A stretch of 64,000 bases of DNA from Marsupella aquatica (lineage: Eukaryota > Plantae > Marchantiophyta), in NCBI GenBank assembly GCA_973895155.1, contig OZ316895.1, positions 23,262,558 through 23,326,557 of the forward strand, read 5' to 3'. The notes beneath the pieces were generated by a model. The model searched no databases. It was not told the DNA's origin and saw only the letters and a program-made list of their open reading frames with translations. Every line of letters starts with the position of its first letter. The first letter of the stretch is position 1. The translations under genes and the position numbers were made by a program. Shown in pieces: positions 34,691 to 47,860 of the stretch.

Positions 34691-37515
34691 TCAAAGGTAG
34701 AAGACCCAATGAAGGATATACAATTCTTTTAAAAACATTTTTTAAATAAAACCCCTAACCAATCTAATTTGCTACTTAGGTTTGTGGCATCAAACAGACA
34801 AATACAAGATACGTTGCAAACCGTGTTGGATTGAATTTTCTGGTCAGTCACGGCTGTTCATATTTGTGTAGTTGCAAAAACATTCTACACATCACATCTC
34901 ACTCATTGATAATTATACAGTTGATCGTCCAACTACGTGAGTCAGGCATGGTCATGGGATCCATCAACTTACTGTGGTGGGAGGAGGAGCAACCAACCTA
35001 CTACTACAAACAGAAATGACATAATGCAACCAACCTTTGAAGTTCACGTGGCCCATACCAACGAGATTTATACACTTTGGTGGGACTGAGGAGCAACCTG
35101 TCAAATAATGATATAATGGAACCAACCTTTCCTACTCTTCGTGGCTGGTGCACCCAACGATGAATTTCTCGTTCTCAAAATTGATGCATGTCTCAAATAT
35201 TCTGGTTGTGGTATTGGTCGCTGGTTGCATCAGATATTCAGGTTCTGACGGTCATTTTGATAGATGCTACCGTTGTGCCATCCAGTTGTGGAGGATATTC
35301 AGAATATTTTGAAAATTTAAATCAAAAAATTATGTTAAGGCTCACAAGCACTCTATAAAAAAAATTCAGTCAGGTCCAAGATTTTAATAATTATTTAGGT
35401 TTAGTGCTAACCGCCTGGGATGACACTATGGTAAATGCTATAGTAGTCCCCTGCTAGATCCCTGGGTATCGTCCGCCCTCTTGGACTACTCTACAGGTTG
35501 CATGCTCCGAAATTGATTTATTGATGGGACTGTCCATTTAAGTTTTAATTAAAGGGGAAACTGCCAAGAACAAGCCTTATTTTTGGTTTCCAGGCAAAAA
35601 TAGGAAAATGATCATGTTTAGTCTTTGTTTGAAAGCCTGCAAGAATACTTTATCTTCGGAGCTTTGCCAGACTTTCAATTGTGCTGCGTAGGCTTTTGTA
35701 CCTTTGCCAATGTGGGAGACAATTGGGCTTTGTGGCACTCTGGCCTTCCTTGGGTTTTCCCTATACCCCAATTTATCCTTCTTTGGCAGTGTGATATATA
35801 CAAATATTAAAAATCAGTGGAAGGCAGTTCCTGGTGGAATCTGCAAGAGTGTGGACACTCATTTTCATAACATTTTGAGTCCCTGCTATTTGCATGTCAA
35901 GAGGTGCCCCCAGAAAGGTTACCCCCCCAGAAGTTGCACCTTTTGCTACAGTACTTGCCATTGCCATAAGTAGTATAGATTTATTGTATCTTTATCTGTA
36001 CTATAACATGGAATATAGAAGGTTAGATCAATGTACAAATTTGACAATGGTACCGATAAAAACTGGCCATCTAATATATCAGTTGTTTGTTCCTGGCCAT
36101 CAGAAGGGGCCACATTGAAACAAATGTGCCCTGGCCTTAGACAGTACTCCTATGCCCCAGCAAGCATACAACTCCATATGGGAGTGCAGGGTGTGTGGAG
36201 TTGCAACGGGGGGAGGGGGGGGGGAGGGGGGGGGGGGGGGACTCAGCACAAAATTGAGGACACTCCCCATCCGTGCAATCCTGGTTTTTGAACTCGGTTT
36301 TAGCTCTCCTCTTCATTCACCTCACTTATGCCTTCTCTGCCCACCCACCTTGTATGCTGACCATATATGCTTGGTAACCCCCTCTGTACTAAAAACAGCA
36401 CAGATTGTGTGCAACAGAGTGAAATTGGACTAGTGCACCTGATGCGCTTCTCATTTCATTTCTTGGGCCAACTGGACAGGTCCAGTGCATGTTGCCTGGG
36501 GCACAACTTGCTTTCCAGGCTTCATCTTGCCCTTCTACTGTCTGGGCATTGGGCTGCCAAATTGGTGGGGGTGCTCTTAACCAGCGCCTTAATTAGCATA
36601 GCAGATGACCGGGAAGCTCGGGGATGGGCTTGGGGACTGCAGGGCCCCAAGCTTGCATGAGGCATGCTTCTATGTAAAAGGGTAGAGTAGGGGAAAACTG
36701 AGAGAGAACAAGGTACAAGGGTACGGATAAAACTATTTAAAAAAAAATTTGTGGGAAGAGGTGTCAACATTCCTCATTTAATTCTTTGCAGCGTTCGCTA
36801 AAGCCAATCTGACTCGCTAGAGCACCTTATGAGGAGAATCTCTGATGACGTGCTTAAGTACACTGATGAGGTGTTTTTTCAGTGACACTAACTGCTTGAA
36901 ATGCGACTTAATGGGGTTTAGTCTTTTGTATTTCTGTGAAAGTAATTTTGCCAGACTTTTCAGTTGTTTTAATGAAAACTCATTTGATTCCCTAGTCCTT
37001 ATATTTTTCTTCAAAATTCTCTCTATCCACAATCTGTTTTGGGTTTCGTTTTTATGAGGCCCACCAGCCAATCATGTGGAAGATACCCATCCACATGGCA
37101 TGACAGATACTTAACCTCGAGATCCCAGAATTTAACAAGTGTCGCCATGCTGTGAGATTTTAATCATATTTATTACTCAAAGCTTTTCATAGAGAGTTCC
37201 TAAATTTATTTCAAGATGCATAATATGCCTATATAGTATAGTATTGTAAAGATACATATATACTATACTATAGTATATAATTGATTTAACTATGTTTATA
37301 AAATATTATTAAAATTAAAATTATATTACATAATGATAGAAAATGACTACAGTAGAGATGGTTCACACACAATTGACTTTGAAGTTTCCTCGTCCACCTA
37401 ATCACCGTTCTCAATTCATTCATAATGACAAATGTATATATAATAATTAAAGTTCTCAGATATTGTAAAAACCATCAATGTTTCATTGTTGCAAGAAGAA
37501 AATGAACTTCAAAAT

Positions 37516-37686
37516 GGAGGTATTTGTTTGATGGGACCCCAATATGAAACGTTTCAATTGATAGGACACTTGAGTGATTTGGAGTGATCTGGACCGTTCA
37601 TTGATCTTGAATCAACGCACCTAAAACTTGAGGGGTCTCATCAAGTAAAACTTTTCATTTTGGGGTCCCATCAAGCAAATATCTCC
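37516..37686. mobile_element. 171-bp MITE with ~34-bp TIRs and 8-10 bp TSD (hAT- or Mutator-type)
   Basis: GGAGGTATTTGTTTGATGGGACCCCAATATGAAA versus the reverse complement of the right end, GGAGATATTTGCTTGATGGGACCCCAAAATGAAA. Flanked by TTCAAAAT (37508-37515, 37687-37694), extendable to CTTCAAAATG. Confidence 0.85.
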
Positions 37687-38717
37687 TTCAAAATGTCTAG
37701 AATGAACAATTGAAGTTCTCTCGCTCCATGCACTCAATCTAACTACCTTCCCAAATCACAACAATTAAATAGATATATTTAATACTTAAACTTACATTAT
37801 ACTAGAAACATCAAAATTGAAGCTCTGATAGACCTCCATGTTTGCCAAAAGACTCAGGTAGACTTTTAAACCCAGATATTTTGCAACAAAATGGATGCTT
37901 CATTACACGACCCAAAAAAAAACATGTCTTAAAGATGAGCATCTTCAAATTGGCTTGCTCCAATCAAATCTAGAGTGAACATGTAGAGGAATGAGCATCT
38001 TCCCTTCTCCATTGACCCAATCTCCAGTCCCTACTTTCCTCAAGTCACAATAATAAATTATATACAAGGTAAAATTAAATTTCGAAGATACTGCAAGAGA
38101 TATTAATAGATCACCAAAAGAAAAAGATTAAACATGTCCTAGTGTGAGCATCCTTAGTTACTCCCATAACTGGGAATAATTGATGCTAAAATTAGCGAAC
38201 CAAAAATTACGTTGACACGGGGCACGACAGAGGTTGGGTTGGGCAGCAAGCAAAGCCCTGAGCAGGGCGGGCCAGGGCAGGTGTGCGCAGACTAGGCGCG
38301 GTAGCCGGGCAGCCAACAATCCCGATCAAACGCAGCCAGGATTGGTTGGGCAGGGCGGGGCAGAACAGGCGGGTTGAGAGAGTGCCCCAGCCGCTGCCCT
38401 GCCCGGCGCGGTCAAGCGGGGCAGGCCCTGCCCCTGTGGGGCCAGGCAACACGGACAGACAGACAGCAGCCAGACAGGATCGAGGCAGCCCGTGACCGTA
38501 CGGTATAGAGTTTTGAGGGCATGCGTACGGTATCGCTGCTGCCCCTCCCTGGCACCAGTCTGCTGCCCGCGGGCACCCAATCAAAATGCTCCGTAGGAAA
38601 CAGTGGTGTTTCGCCATCCTTTGCATTTTGCCACAGCAGAATGAATCATACCCAACAACATCATTCTCCTCTGCCTGCTTCCCTCTGCTCTGCTCTCCTC
38701 GCGTGAGAGCGGATTTC

Positions 38718-38843
38718 GAAGAATCCGCGAAAGAATGCGATCTGCTAGAGAGGAAAATCGCTCTCGCAGATCGAGAGCGAGAGAGAGCGAAAGAATCCGC
38801 GAAAGAATGTGATCTGCTAGAGAGGAAAATCGCTCTCGCAGAT
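38718..38843. repeat. 72-bp-period tandem duplication in the polygalacturonase leader
   Basis: AAGAATCCGCGAAAGAATG(C/T)GATCTGCTAGAGAGGAAAATCGCTCTCGCAGAT twice. Confidence 0.85.
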
Positions 38844-39773
38844 GGAGAGAGAGAGTAGAGAGAAAAGAGAGAAAGAGTGGCGCAGAGCTTTGATGAGAAG
38901 AAAAGAAGACGTGTGATTCAGATCCGTTCTCCGTAAAAGAGCTTTGAGCTTCTTCGCCTCGTTCGTGCGTTCCGCGAAAAGCGCGTCGTCGATCCTTTTT
39001 TTCTGGGTCGCGAAAATCGCGTCACCGATCGTTTGTGCGCCGGCAAAAATCGCGTCGTCGTCAGGTTTCTCCGAACGGTGCCGACGTTCTCGCCGCGAGA
39101 GCGAGAGCGAGAGAGAGTCAGAGAGCGGAGGCATGTGATTCCCATTCTCTCCGCGCCGGGAGACAACAGAGGAAGAGACGCACTGTGGGTGCAGAGGAGG
39201 CAAAAGCGAGGGGTCATGTGAGCAGGGCGGATTTCCCGTGCTGTGATTGAGGAAAGCGGAATGGGATTCTGAGGTTGGAACGGAAACAATGGCGGAATGA
39301 CGAGTGAGGGAGGATAGGAATGAATGAATGAATGAGGGAGTGAGGGAGTGAATGTATGAATGTACGAGGGCATTTCGGGACTGCTGATGCCGCACAGCCC
39401 TCGTCACGAAACGGGAGATCGACCTGACTCTGTCTGGATCGATTTCCGACTTGCTTTCTCACATTGGTGAGATTCACATTCGTGAGATCCGAATGCGCGG
39501 AGCTGCGTCTCCTTCCCTGAAAAGGCAGAGCGAGAGAGCGAGAGAGGTCATGAAGAAGGCGCGGTAGTTTGATCCAATGCTCGTCAATTGCGGGAATGTC
39601 ATCGTCAGAGAGTAGAATAAGGTGCTCATGTATGTTCCAAGGAGGAGGAGGACAACGCCAGCAGTGGTCAATCCGGTTGGTAGGATTGTGGTGAACATGT
39701 AGGGAGGTAATGGAGGAGGGATTGGAAAGCTTGCGGAGGAGGAGGACGAGTGAGGAGGAGTAGGTCAGTGTGA

Positions 39774-42700
39774 ATGGCGAAGAGATTTTCACTGGGCTTC
39801 TGCTGGCAGAGGAGCGAGAAATTGGAGCTGATGTGGGGCTCGCTAGCGCGTGTGCTGTTCTGGTGGACTGTATGGTGCATGATTTTTACCTCTCACCTGA
39901 AGCTCGCATACAGTGAGGATGGCGGTGCCGGACAGCTGGTGGTGGATGTGGACCCCGGTGTGTCCATGTGTCCGGCTTCCGAGCCAGCGGAGCTCGTGGA
40001 AACATGCGTACCGGGTGAACCTCTCGTAAACAGGCCGCATACGGTGTCCATAACAGAGTTTGGAGCACTTGGCGATGGCACCACGCTCAATACAAAAGCA
40101 TTTGAGAATGCCATTTTTTATCTGCGAACTTTTGCGGAGAAGGGAGGCGCACAGCTCTACATTCCGCCGGGAAACTGGATGACTGGAAGCTTCAATTTGA
40201 CGAGCCACCTGACTCTGTATCTGGACAAGGATGCGGTGATCGTCGGCACTCAGGTATGCGGAGTTGTGTGGGGTCTCTGTCTAGGCAGCTCCCGTCCCCA
40301 TCACATCACCATGAGAAACCCGTGAAGTAAAATGAATTCCTTCTCGTGAGGAATCAAATGTGAACGTGAATTGATCGAGAAAGAGACATTTGAAAAGCGA
40401 TCCCAAATGTGAGTCCCAAGGCAATCAAATGCCACCGCGCAATTGATTCAACTTTGAGCTTAGTGTTCTTCCTCATCAAAAAACTGAATTATGCCGATGG
40501 TCTGCTCACTTCTTCAACATGAGACGTACGAAGAACTTGTCTGAGTACTGATTGAAGACCTCTCATTTGCATACGCTGTGTCAGGTAGCTTCAATGGGTT
40601 CGCTTGATAGCGACTTTCATCGTGAATCGTGCTTTCTGGTGCAGATGACGGTTTTGTAGTCATTTGAAGACAGAGAGGACGGCATGGCTGTCATTTGGAC
40701 AAGCTCATCTGGATCAGTGGTTGATCGGATGTGTGTGGTTGGCACGGACACTGGCATGGGCGTGACTCTGAACTTCGCATATGACTCTAAATTATGCTGA
40801 AAAGCCCACACAACACTTAACTGGCGGGTTTCAATCTACCCGCTTGAACAGTCTTCCCGTTCTCTTTGCAGTAAGTCTACATTCTAAGTCCATAACCTAG
40901 AATTTGTTCCATGGTGCTGCGATATGATACTAGCTATGGCTTCGCTACTTTCTGGGCAATGTCCTGATCGTAACAAGCATCTTTTTCCAGGCTGATGCTG
41001 TGGACTAGTTTCCCCTCACCTACAACTCTTACTTGTCGAATAAAGATGGTTCCTCTGTTCTGATGAGACCTAGTTTGTAAGTTTTTCCCATATCCATCCC
41101 AGGGAGGACATCTCCTCTACTGACTGACTTGAAGAAGACTTTTCACTACCATGAGTATATTTGTGAATCACGACTCTTATCTCCCTCGGTTCGAAACAAC
41201 GACCAAAAGTTTTAACTATGAGAGGGTCGGACGAGAAGGAGTACAAGTACTTGCGAGAGCCACACGACTGTCAGTGTGGGCCCATTACTCTGAATGATGA
41301 AGACTTAGGGAAGAATGGTTCTACTTTTCCTTGTTGGCCTGTGAACGAATCCAGAACTCCTTGCATGCCGAAGCCGTGGGCTTGATCTTTAACGTCCGAG
41401 GGAGTTTCTTATGGATCATTGATTCACTGTCTGTCATCTTCCTTGATTGTATTGCAGCAGCCAGTAAAATCAAAGTAGACTTAGTTCCGAGAGAATTATA
41501 AAGGTAGGGGGTTCCTTATCGATCAGAATGAAAAACTTCTCTCACTTACTATAGATGATGGAAGTGGATCAGCAAATTTGGACCTGATATGCGCAAGCAC
41601 GGACATTAAGAAATAGACAATTTCTTTTAGCACAGAAGGATGTGCTTAAGTTCAGTCCCAGGCATTTTACTTTCTAGGATTTAAAGTCGATGTGGTGACA
41701 AGGTCTCCTGTCTAGGTATTCTCATGTTAGACTTAGGTTAGTATTCTTCAAGAGGAGAGTTTGTGGAGGCACCTGAGCGGGAAACCTGAAGCTGAAGGAA
41801 AAATAGATGTACGTCATGTGGATGGATTTGTGCTAGCATTTTCACTTTTAACAACTTTGCTATTGTCATCTTGGTGCTTTCCTTGCAGGATATCTCCAAG
41901 TGGCCGGTTGTGGATCCGCTGCCATCATATGGTCGAGGCCGGGAGCTACCCGGTAAAAGGCACATGAGCTTAATTCATGGAGAAAACCTTACAGATGTGG
42001 TGATTACAGGTGAGTTGAGTGATGCTGTTTTAAAATTTCTCGATTGTGTTCTGACGATCTGCCCTGACCAGCGTTCACCTGTGTCATCTACTGCGTGGGG
42101 ATTTCGAAATGCTAATTTTTGGACACCTGGTATCGTGTTTCTTTAATCTAGTTTCTCAACCCAATTGCATATATGTGTCCCGGTACTATTAATCAGGAGA
42201 GTTTGGTCAGTGCCTATTCTTCCACAGGATAGCATAGCTGTATTTTACTGCTTGTGCTTGCAAGGGTGAAGAGCGAGATAGGCGATATCTCGTGAATGAT
42301 TGCCTCTGCCTTACGGGGTAGCACAACTCAGCTTTCTATCCAAGACAACTTGACCGTCGCCCCTAGTTACTGTTGATATATAGTGCACTATGGATTGATG
42401 AAAAGCTTGACTGGATTAAAACTTACGGTCGCTTTAATTCGTACTGGATCACAGGGGATAATGGTACCGTTGATGGCCAAGGATCTGTTTGGTGGGAATT
42501 GTTTGAGAGTGGTTCCTTGGATTATACAAGACCACACTTGGTCGAGTTCATTAATTCCACAGATATTTTTTTCTACAACGTCACATTCCGCAATTCTCCG
42601 TTTTGGACCATTCATCCTGTTTACTGCAGGTTATTGTCCAACTTCCCTTTCGATTTGTCAGATATGAGTAACTTGTAAACACCGATTTTCCAATACGTTA

Positions 42701-43818
42701 TAGATTCACATTGGAGATTGTTGGCTGATGCTTTGTTTCGGTTGTCGATCTGAAACGTGTCGAGTACAAGACCTTATTGTCTAGAAAGACGTGGTACAAG
42801 CGCAAGAGAATCATATCTGTTCTGACTAAACTCCATGCTGTTGGTTATGCAGTGATGTGGTTCTAAAGCAATTGACCATTTTAGCTCCTCATAATTCACC
42901 AAACACTGATGGCATTGATCCAGGTACCTTGTTTTATTTCATTGTCTGAATCTGATTTAAATGTGACTAGTATACACAAGTGGTCACATTTTTAAGTAAT
43001 CTATTCTGCCCTCGTTTTTCTAGAGCTAGCGTTTTGCAAAGTACCTTATTAGTTATACCAAAGGATGAGCTGATCTATGGATGAAAAATTTGGTACCTCT
43101 GTGCGTATATTATGCGAAGTTGAACTGATGCATGCAGAGGTGTGCAGATTCAAGTGTAAATGTGTGTATAGAAGATTGCTTCATCAGCGTGGGCGATGAT
43201 GCAATATCCATTAAGAGTGGTTGGGATGAATACGGTATTTCATATGGGAAACCAAGTGCCAATATCTTCGTTCGGCGTGTGTTTGCAATTTCTCCAACAA
43301 GTGCGGGCATTGCCATCGGAAGTGAAATGTCTGGCGGGGTGGCAAACGTCAATGTGGACCACATGACAATTTTGAACTCTCGAACTGGTTTTCGCCTGAA
43401 GACAGCCGTTGGTAGAGGAGGTTATGTGGCCAACATTACTGTAAGTAACATCTTAATGCGGAATGTCGGTACTGCGATAGCTTTCAACGGCCAATATGGA
43501 GAACATCCTGATGATGAATATGATCCACAAGCTTACCCAATGGTGGATCAAATTGTCATAAAAAATGTACAGGGTGAATTAATCAATGAAGCGGGCAGTC
43601 TATTTGGCATCAGCGAATCACCCTTCCGAAATATTTGCCTTGCCGAGATCGACTTGGATGTAAGTGGAGCAGTTACCTGGAATTGCTCTTTTGTGGAAGG
43701 GTACTATAAGGAAGTGTCACCCCTGCCCTGTTCCGAGCTCCTTAAAGACGGTGGCCAAGTGACCACTACTTGTTCAAGTCACTATCAACCTGGTGGGTGT
43801 CTGCAGAACCTGGAATGA
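39774..43818 (+). CDS. Glycoside hydrolase family 28 polygalacturonase-like protein, 505 aa, 5 exons
   Basis: Exons 39774-40253, 41889-42009, 42455-42629, 42853-42923, 43148-43818; GT-AG; 1518 nt. Hydrophobic N-terminal segment (alternative ATG at 39831). Motifs FGALGDGTTLNTKAF, GSFNLTSH, PLPSYGRGRELPG, GDNGTVDGQG, NSPFWTIHPVYC, SPNTDGIDPDSS, GDDAISIKSGWDEYG, GIAIGSEMSGGV, RLKTAVGRGG. Confidence 0.95.
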
Positions 43819-45702
43819 AGGGGAAATTAGATTCTTGTAGCTGGCTATTTATGCGTGAATACCCTGCTGACCCTCGATATTGTGTGACGTGGTTTCTCCA
43901 TCCATTTGTTAGAAAGAATTTAGATCAGAGGTGCATTTTTGTAGTTAGGATGTGCATTCTTGTGCAATAATTGTTTGTCTTATATTTTAGGTCTTTAGTT
44001 GATTTGATCGAGCACCCTTCTCAATCTGCCCCTCATTTTCCTCATTCTCAATGGTTGGGATTTCACCTTCCAGAAGGTGCGCTGTTGGTTAGAATACAGC
44101 AGGTATGTCGATTCCTCTCGGTTAGAGAAAGTCGTCTCCTTGTTCAGCTGCTTGGATCCTCTTGGATTGGATTGGCCATCACAATCCTAGCTCGGCTGAT
44201 GTTGTAAGAATAAGAAACACTGTAGTGAGTGGAAGCTTGGTTATGTAGTCTTGCAAGGGAAGCAATTTGCCACTACATATTTGCAGCTTTAACGCATTTG
44301 TGGGGAACCTTCCATGTGCGATTTTAAACCGCTGCAATGACACGAAAGAGAACACACTTCACAGTTTCCTGTTAGTTTTAGATGCAACACTCATGACAAA
44401 CCCCTTACAGACTCTACATCAAGGGTCTAAAATTAATTCCGCAGTTTAGTTCTCAAAAGTATTCTCTTGTCAGGCTCAATCAATTTTGATTAGCAGGACC
44501 AGGCACTACCTGGTCTTGACTAAATCGAGCTAGCTCACATTCCCGTGTCTGTAATTTAATCCGTCCGCCATATCAGCTCCCTGAATTCCCATACTGCACC
44601 TCGATGAAGCTGGCCCCTTCAGCACGTGACATTTCTTAACACGTCACAACTGTGAGACACTAACGAGTAGGAATTGCACAACTAGAAGGCTCAACTAAGG
44701 TTCAGTGACATGAAGAGTGTGGACAGTCGTGCAAGAAGTTCTGGTTACCATCAACTTTCCTGGGTCTGATACACTAGGATCACAAGAAGCTAAGCCATGG
44801 AACTCAGACTAGGAGACGAGGTCAGGAATCAAATGGACAGCTAAGGACTATGAGATTTCTCAGGTAAAGCTTGGTGTGGAGTCATGCACTGACCATAAAT
44901 ATGAAGTCGAAAGTCAGGGTAGAAAGCCGTCAGTTTGGTAGCAGTAGAGATCATGGGAAAGAGCTGAACAAATGCCAAATTGAAAGTAGGTTTTGCATGA
45001 TTTAATGCCACCAAAGCGTAAAGTTGGAATGAAGGCGTTGGAAAAGTGTGAAATAGATCAAATCCCAGTTACTCTGTCGACCATACTTGAATCAAGTTGA
45101 GCTTTGGTAGGAGGGGAAGAACAGGAAGAGGAAATGTATGGTACAGTACTGGAAGATGGAATGTCTGATGGCAAGAAAGGTCCACTTTTCTGCTAGGGGG
45201 TCTTAGCTGGTGGTAAGCAAAATGGGGACAAGGCTTTGGGAAGTGGGAGGTGGGAAGGCTTGTGGAAAGAGCAATCCATAATTTGGTTGCATGGTAAACG
45301 ATGTGGAGGTAGTCTTAAGGTCATGGCAAAAAGGGGACGAGGGCTGTGGGAGCTGGGAAGTCTTGTTGCAAGAGCAATCCATTGTTTGATTGCATGGTAA
45401 ACAATGTTAAGGTTGCCTTAAGGAGGTCATTTTTAGGTCATAAACTGTTTTGTGTCAGTTATCCTCTGTTCGTAATTTCAATCTTTTTACTTTCCTAAAA
45501 GATTGAAGTATTTCAGCATTAATTGGGTAAATCCATTGAACACTCGGCTAATTCAGGTTAGATTTTAGGGGCTTCAAATGCTAGATAAATTACATTTGCT
45601 ATCTTGAAATTCAGACTGTCTTGGGCTGAAAGGATTTGGTGGCATGTTTTGTTATTTCCATTTCAATTCATGTATTTGAAACTGAGAATACATGAAATAA
45701 CA

Positions 45703-45887
45703 GAGTTATTATAGATTTGACCCCCACACTCTTTTTTATTATTATACTGCCCAATAGTATACAAGTGTAAGCAACCCCGATTCTTGCGCTCTGGTGGGCA
45801 GGAATATGGGTTAGTTAAACTCATATACTATTTGGGTGGTAGCATAGTAATAACAAATAGTTTGGGGTCAGGTCTCTAATATCACTC
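45703..45887. mobile_element. Imperfect full-length foldback (about 185 bp), probable old MITE
   Basis: The left arm GAGTTATTATAGATTTGACCCC...AATAGTATACAAGT...ATTCTTGC pairs with the right arm GCAGGAAT...ACTCATATACTATT...GGGGTCAGGTCTCTAATATCACTC, with mismatches. Confidence 0.6.
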
Positions 45888-47492
45888 AGTTTGGGGGTTA
45901 ACACAGTAAAAAGCTGTTTCAATTAAACTGCAGTGGAGTGTTCAATTCATGGCATGGATTTACTCAATTCATCCTGAACTACTACGTCTCCTCATCTTGC
46001 TTCTGTGTGAAGATGTGAGAGTATGCAGGGTCTCTTAGATGTATCTTTTTCATAATTTCGTATATAGGTTGCATGGAAGATGATAGTGATTAGAGTCTTG
46101 AATGGTAAACTAAAAACCCAGGTTTTTGCAACAATAGGAAATAAAGTATTTTGAATGCCAATTGAGATGAAAACACTACTGTTGGAGGAGATGGGCCCTT
46201 CTCCTGAAAAAGTTGCTTGTCCCTTTCTTCCTTTTCCCCATTCCGGACAACTTTAGTTCCTTTGTTCAGTAAGAATTTTCAGTTGTAGAATCCACAAATT
46301 TTGATCCCCAAAAAACTGAAAAGCCACCAATGCACAGGGTTGGAGACATACCCCATGAAAAGTCCAAATCTCTTAGTTTCTGAAAATGATCTTGAATTAT
46401 TTTGCTTGGGTTTCAAAGTCTAGAAAAAAAACCAGTTGCATTTTAGAACTTGTAACTCTTTGCTAGGCACCTTGAAAATGTACCTCAGTCTGCACTCATC
46501 ATAATTTCCTCTCTACCATAAATCTATTGATTTATCGTCGTCGTCTGAGAAAGCATGGCATGTAAGGATGGTTTGTTTGTCCATTCTTGTGCCAAGAATG
46601 CAATTCCATCATCGTGGTACAACTTCTTTGTAATAACTTGCCTTTATTTCCTTTGTTAGAACTAGTTCATAATAATATAACTGACCTGCTCCAGGGAAGG
46701 CGCTCCGTTCAAATTTGAATAGGTAATTCAAAAGAAACCCCAAAAGAAGCTAATAAATGCATATGTTGTGTTGGCATATGGGCGTCGATCAGCCAAAGCA
46801 CCTTCTCCTTCATAGCAAACAAAGGAATGGTTGGCCTTTAATGTGCACCTGTATCAAGAGTGACTATTTCAGCCTCAGGTGCAACAAGATTGGAAGGTGC
46901 CATTGCCAATTATCCCGTAAAAGTACCAAAGGGAACCAAGATGGAAGCTCTAGTGTAGTGGAGACATCATACCAAATCCTTCTAACCAGTGTTAAAAAGA
47001 ACTGGTCCATCAGGGTAAAATACTTTTGGATACTTGAGAAAGCTGCTTAGTAATTTTGTTCTCTTATTGTGTGTTTCCCTAATGTCAAGCTTTGCTGTCA
47101 TGTAACTCATTTTCTCTTTGGGAGCCATTGAAATCTTGGGCTCTCTATTTCTGAACAAAGGCAGTGTTGAATGCAGGCAAGGTTAAAAGTTGCCTAGCTC
47201 TTGGGTTAGTGTTGGACTCATGATCAGATCTGTTGGTTCATTGTGTGCCATTTTGGAGATGATTTAGATTTCTTGACTTGAAAGCAACCTTGAAACCATT
47301 GTTCCAAATCTAGGCAATATAGTTATGAAAAGAATCCAACGGTAACCCAACTGATCCACCTCCAGTTATTGTAACACTCTTAATCATACTCTTTGTGGAA
47401 ATGTGCAAACAAACAACAAAGTCTACTGAAGAATCACAACAACTTGCATTCTTGACAAAGCATAGAGGTTTACAGGTTAAGGGTTTTTATCG

Positions 47493-47860
47493 TATCAGAC
47501 ATTTACTCTTAAGTATAGGGTTACAATTGTAACCAAAGTTAGGGCTAACTGTAGATAGGGCTAACCGTAGTTGCAGAATTGCTTCTAGGTCAGTTGCGTT
47601 GCACCCTATATCCCAAACGGTGTTGCTTGGATAGGAGGAACTCAGGCTCAATCATTGTTACGGAGCCAATGAGGTGAGAGATAGGGAGCACTTGTATTAC
47701 GAAGACTCACTATGGCCGATGGGCCTAGAATGCAGTAAAGTTCTTGTGTGTTCTTGTGGGCGTAGCCTCAACTAAGGTGAATCACGTATCTCTTTATGTT
47801 CACTACTTGTGCGTTGGACGATCATGGGCTCACCATTGTTAATGTTGTCCTTGCTCAACA
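47493..47860. mobile_element. Degenerate solo LTR, same family as 13923-14278, opposite orientation
   Basis: The reverse complement reads TGTTGAGCAAGGACAACATT...AGAGATACGTGATTCACC...GAGGCTACGCCCAC...ACACACAAGAACTTTACTGCATTCTAGGCC...GCTCCGTAACAATGA. Flanks TATCG / TATCC (4/5 TSD match). Left boundary approximate. Confidence 0.75.

Noticed and set aside
35690-35730. TCCCACATTGG on the minus strand (USE- or LTR-like)
   Set aside because: No TATA at the proper spacing, no RNA gene downstream and no definable LTR boundaries.
38586-39792. ORFs of 90-196 aa, including a coiled-coil-looking repeat (ESAKECDLLERKIALAD x2)
   Set aside because: Explained by the 72-bp duplication and the GA-rich leader of the GH28 gene; no independent coding evidence.
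44400-44770. Possible second minus-strand micro-exon series (CAG|ACACGGGAAT|GTGAGC; TAG|AGTCT|GTAAGG; ATG|GTAACC)
   Set aside because: Joining them gives an immediate stop (T+AG) and no consistent phase, unlike 9719-10895; likely chance.
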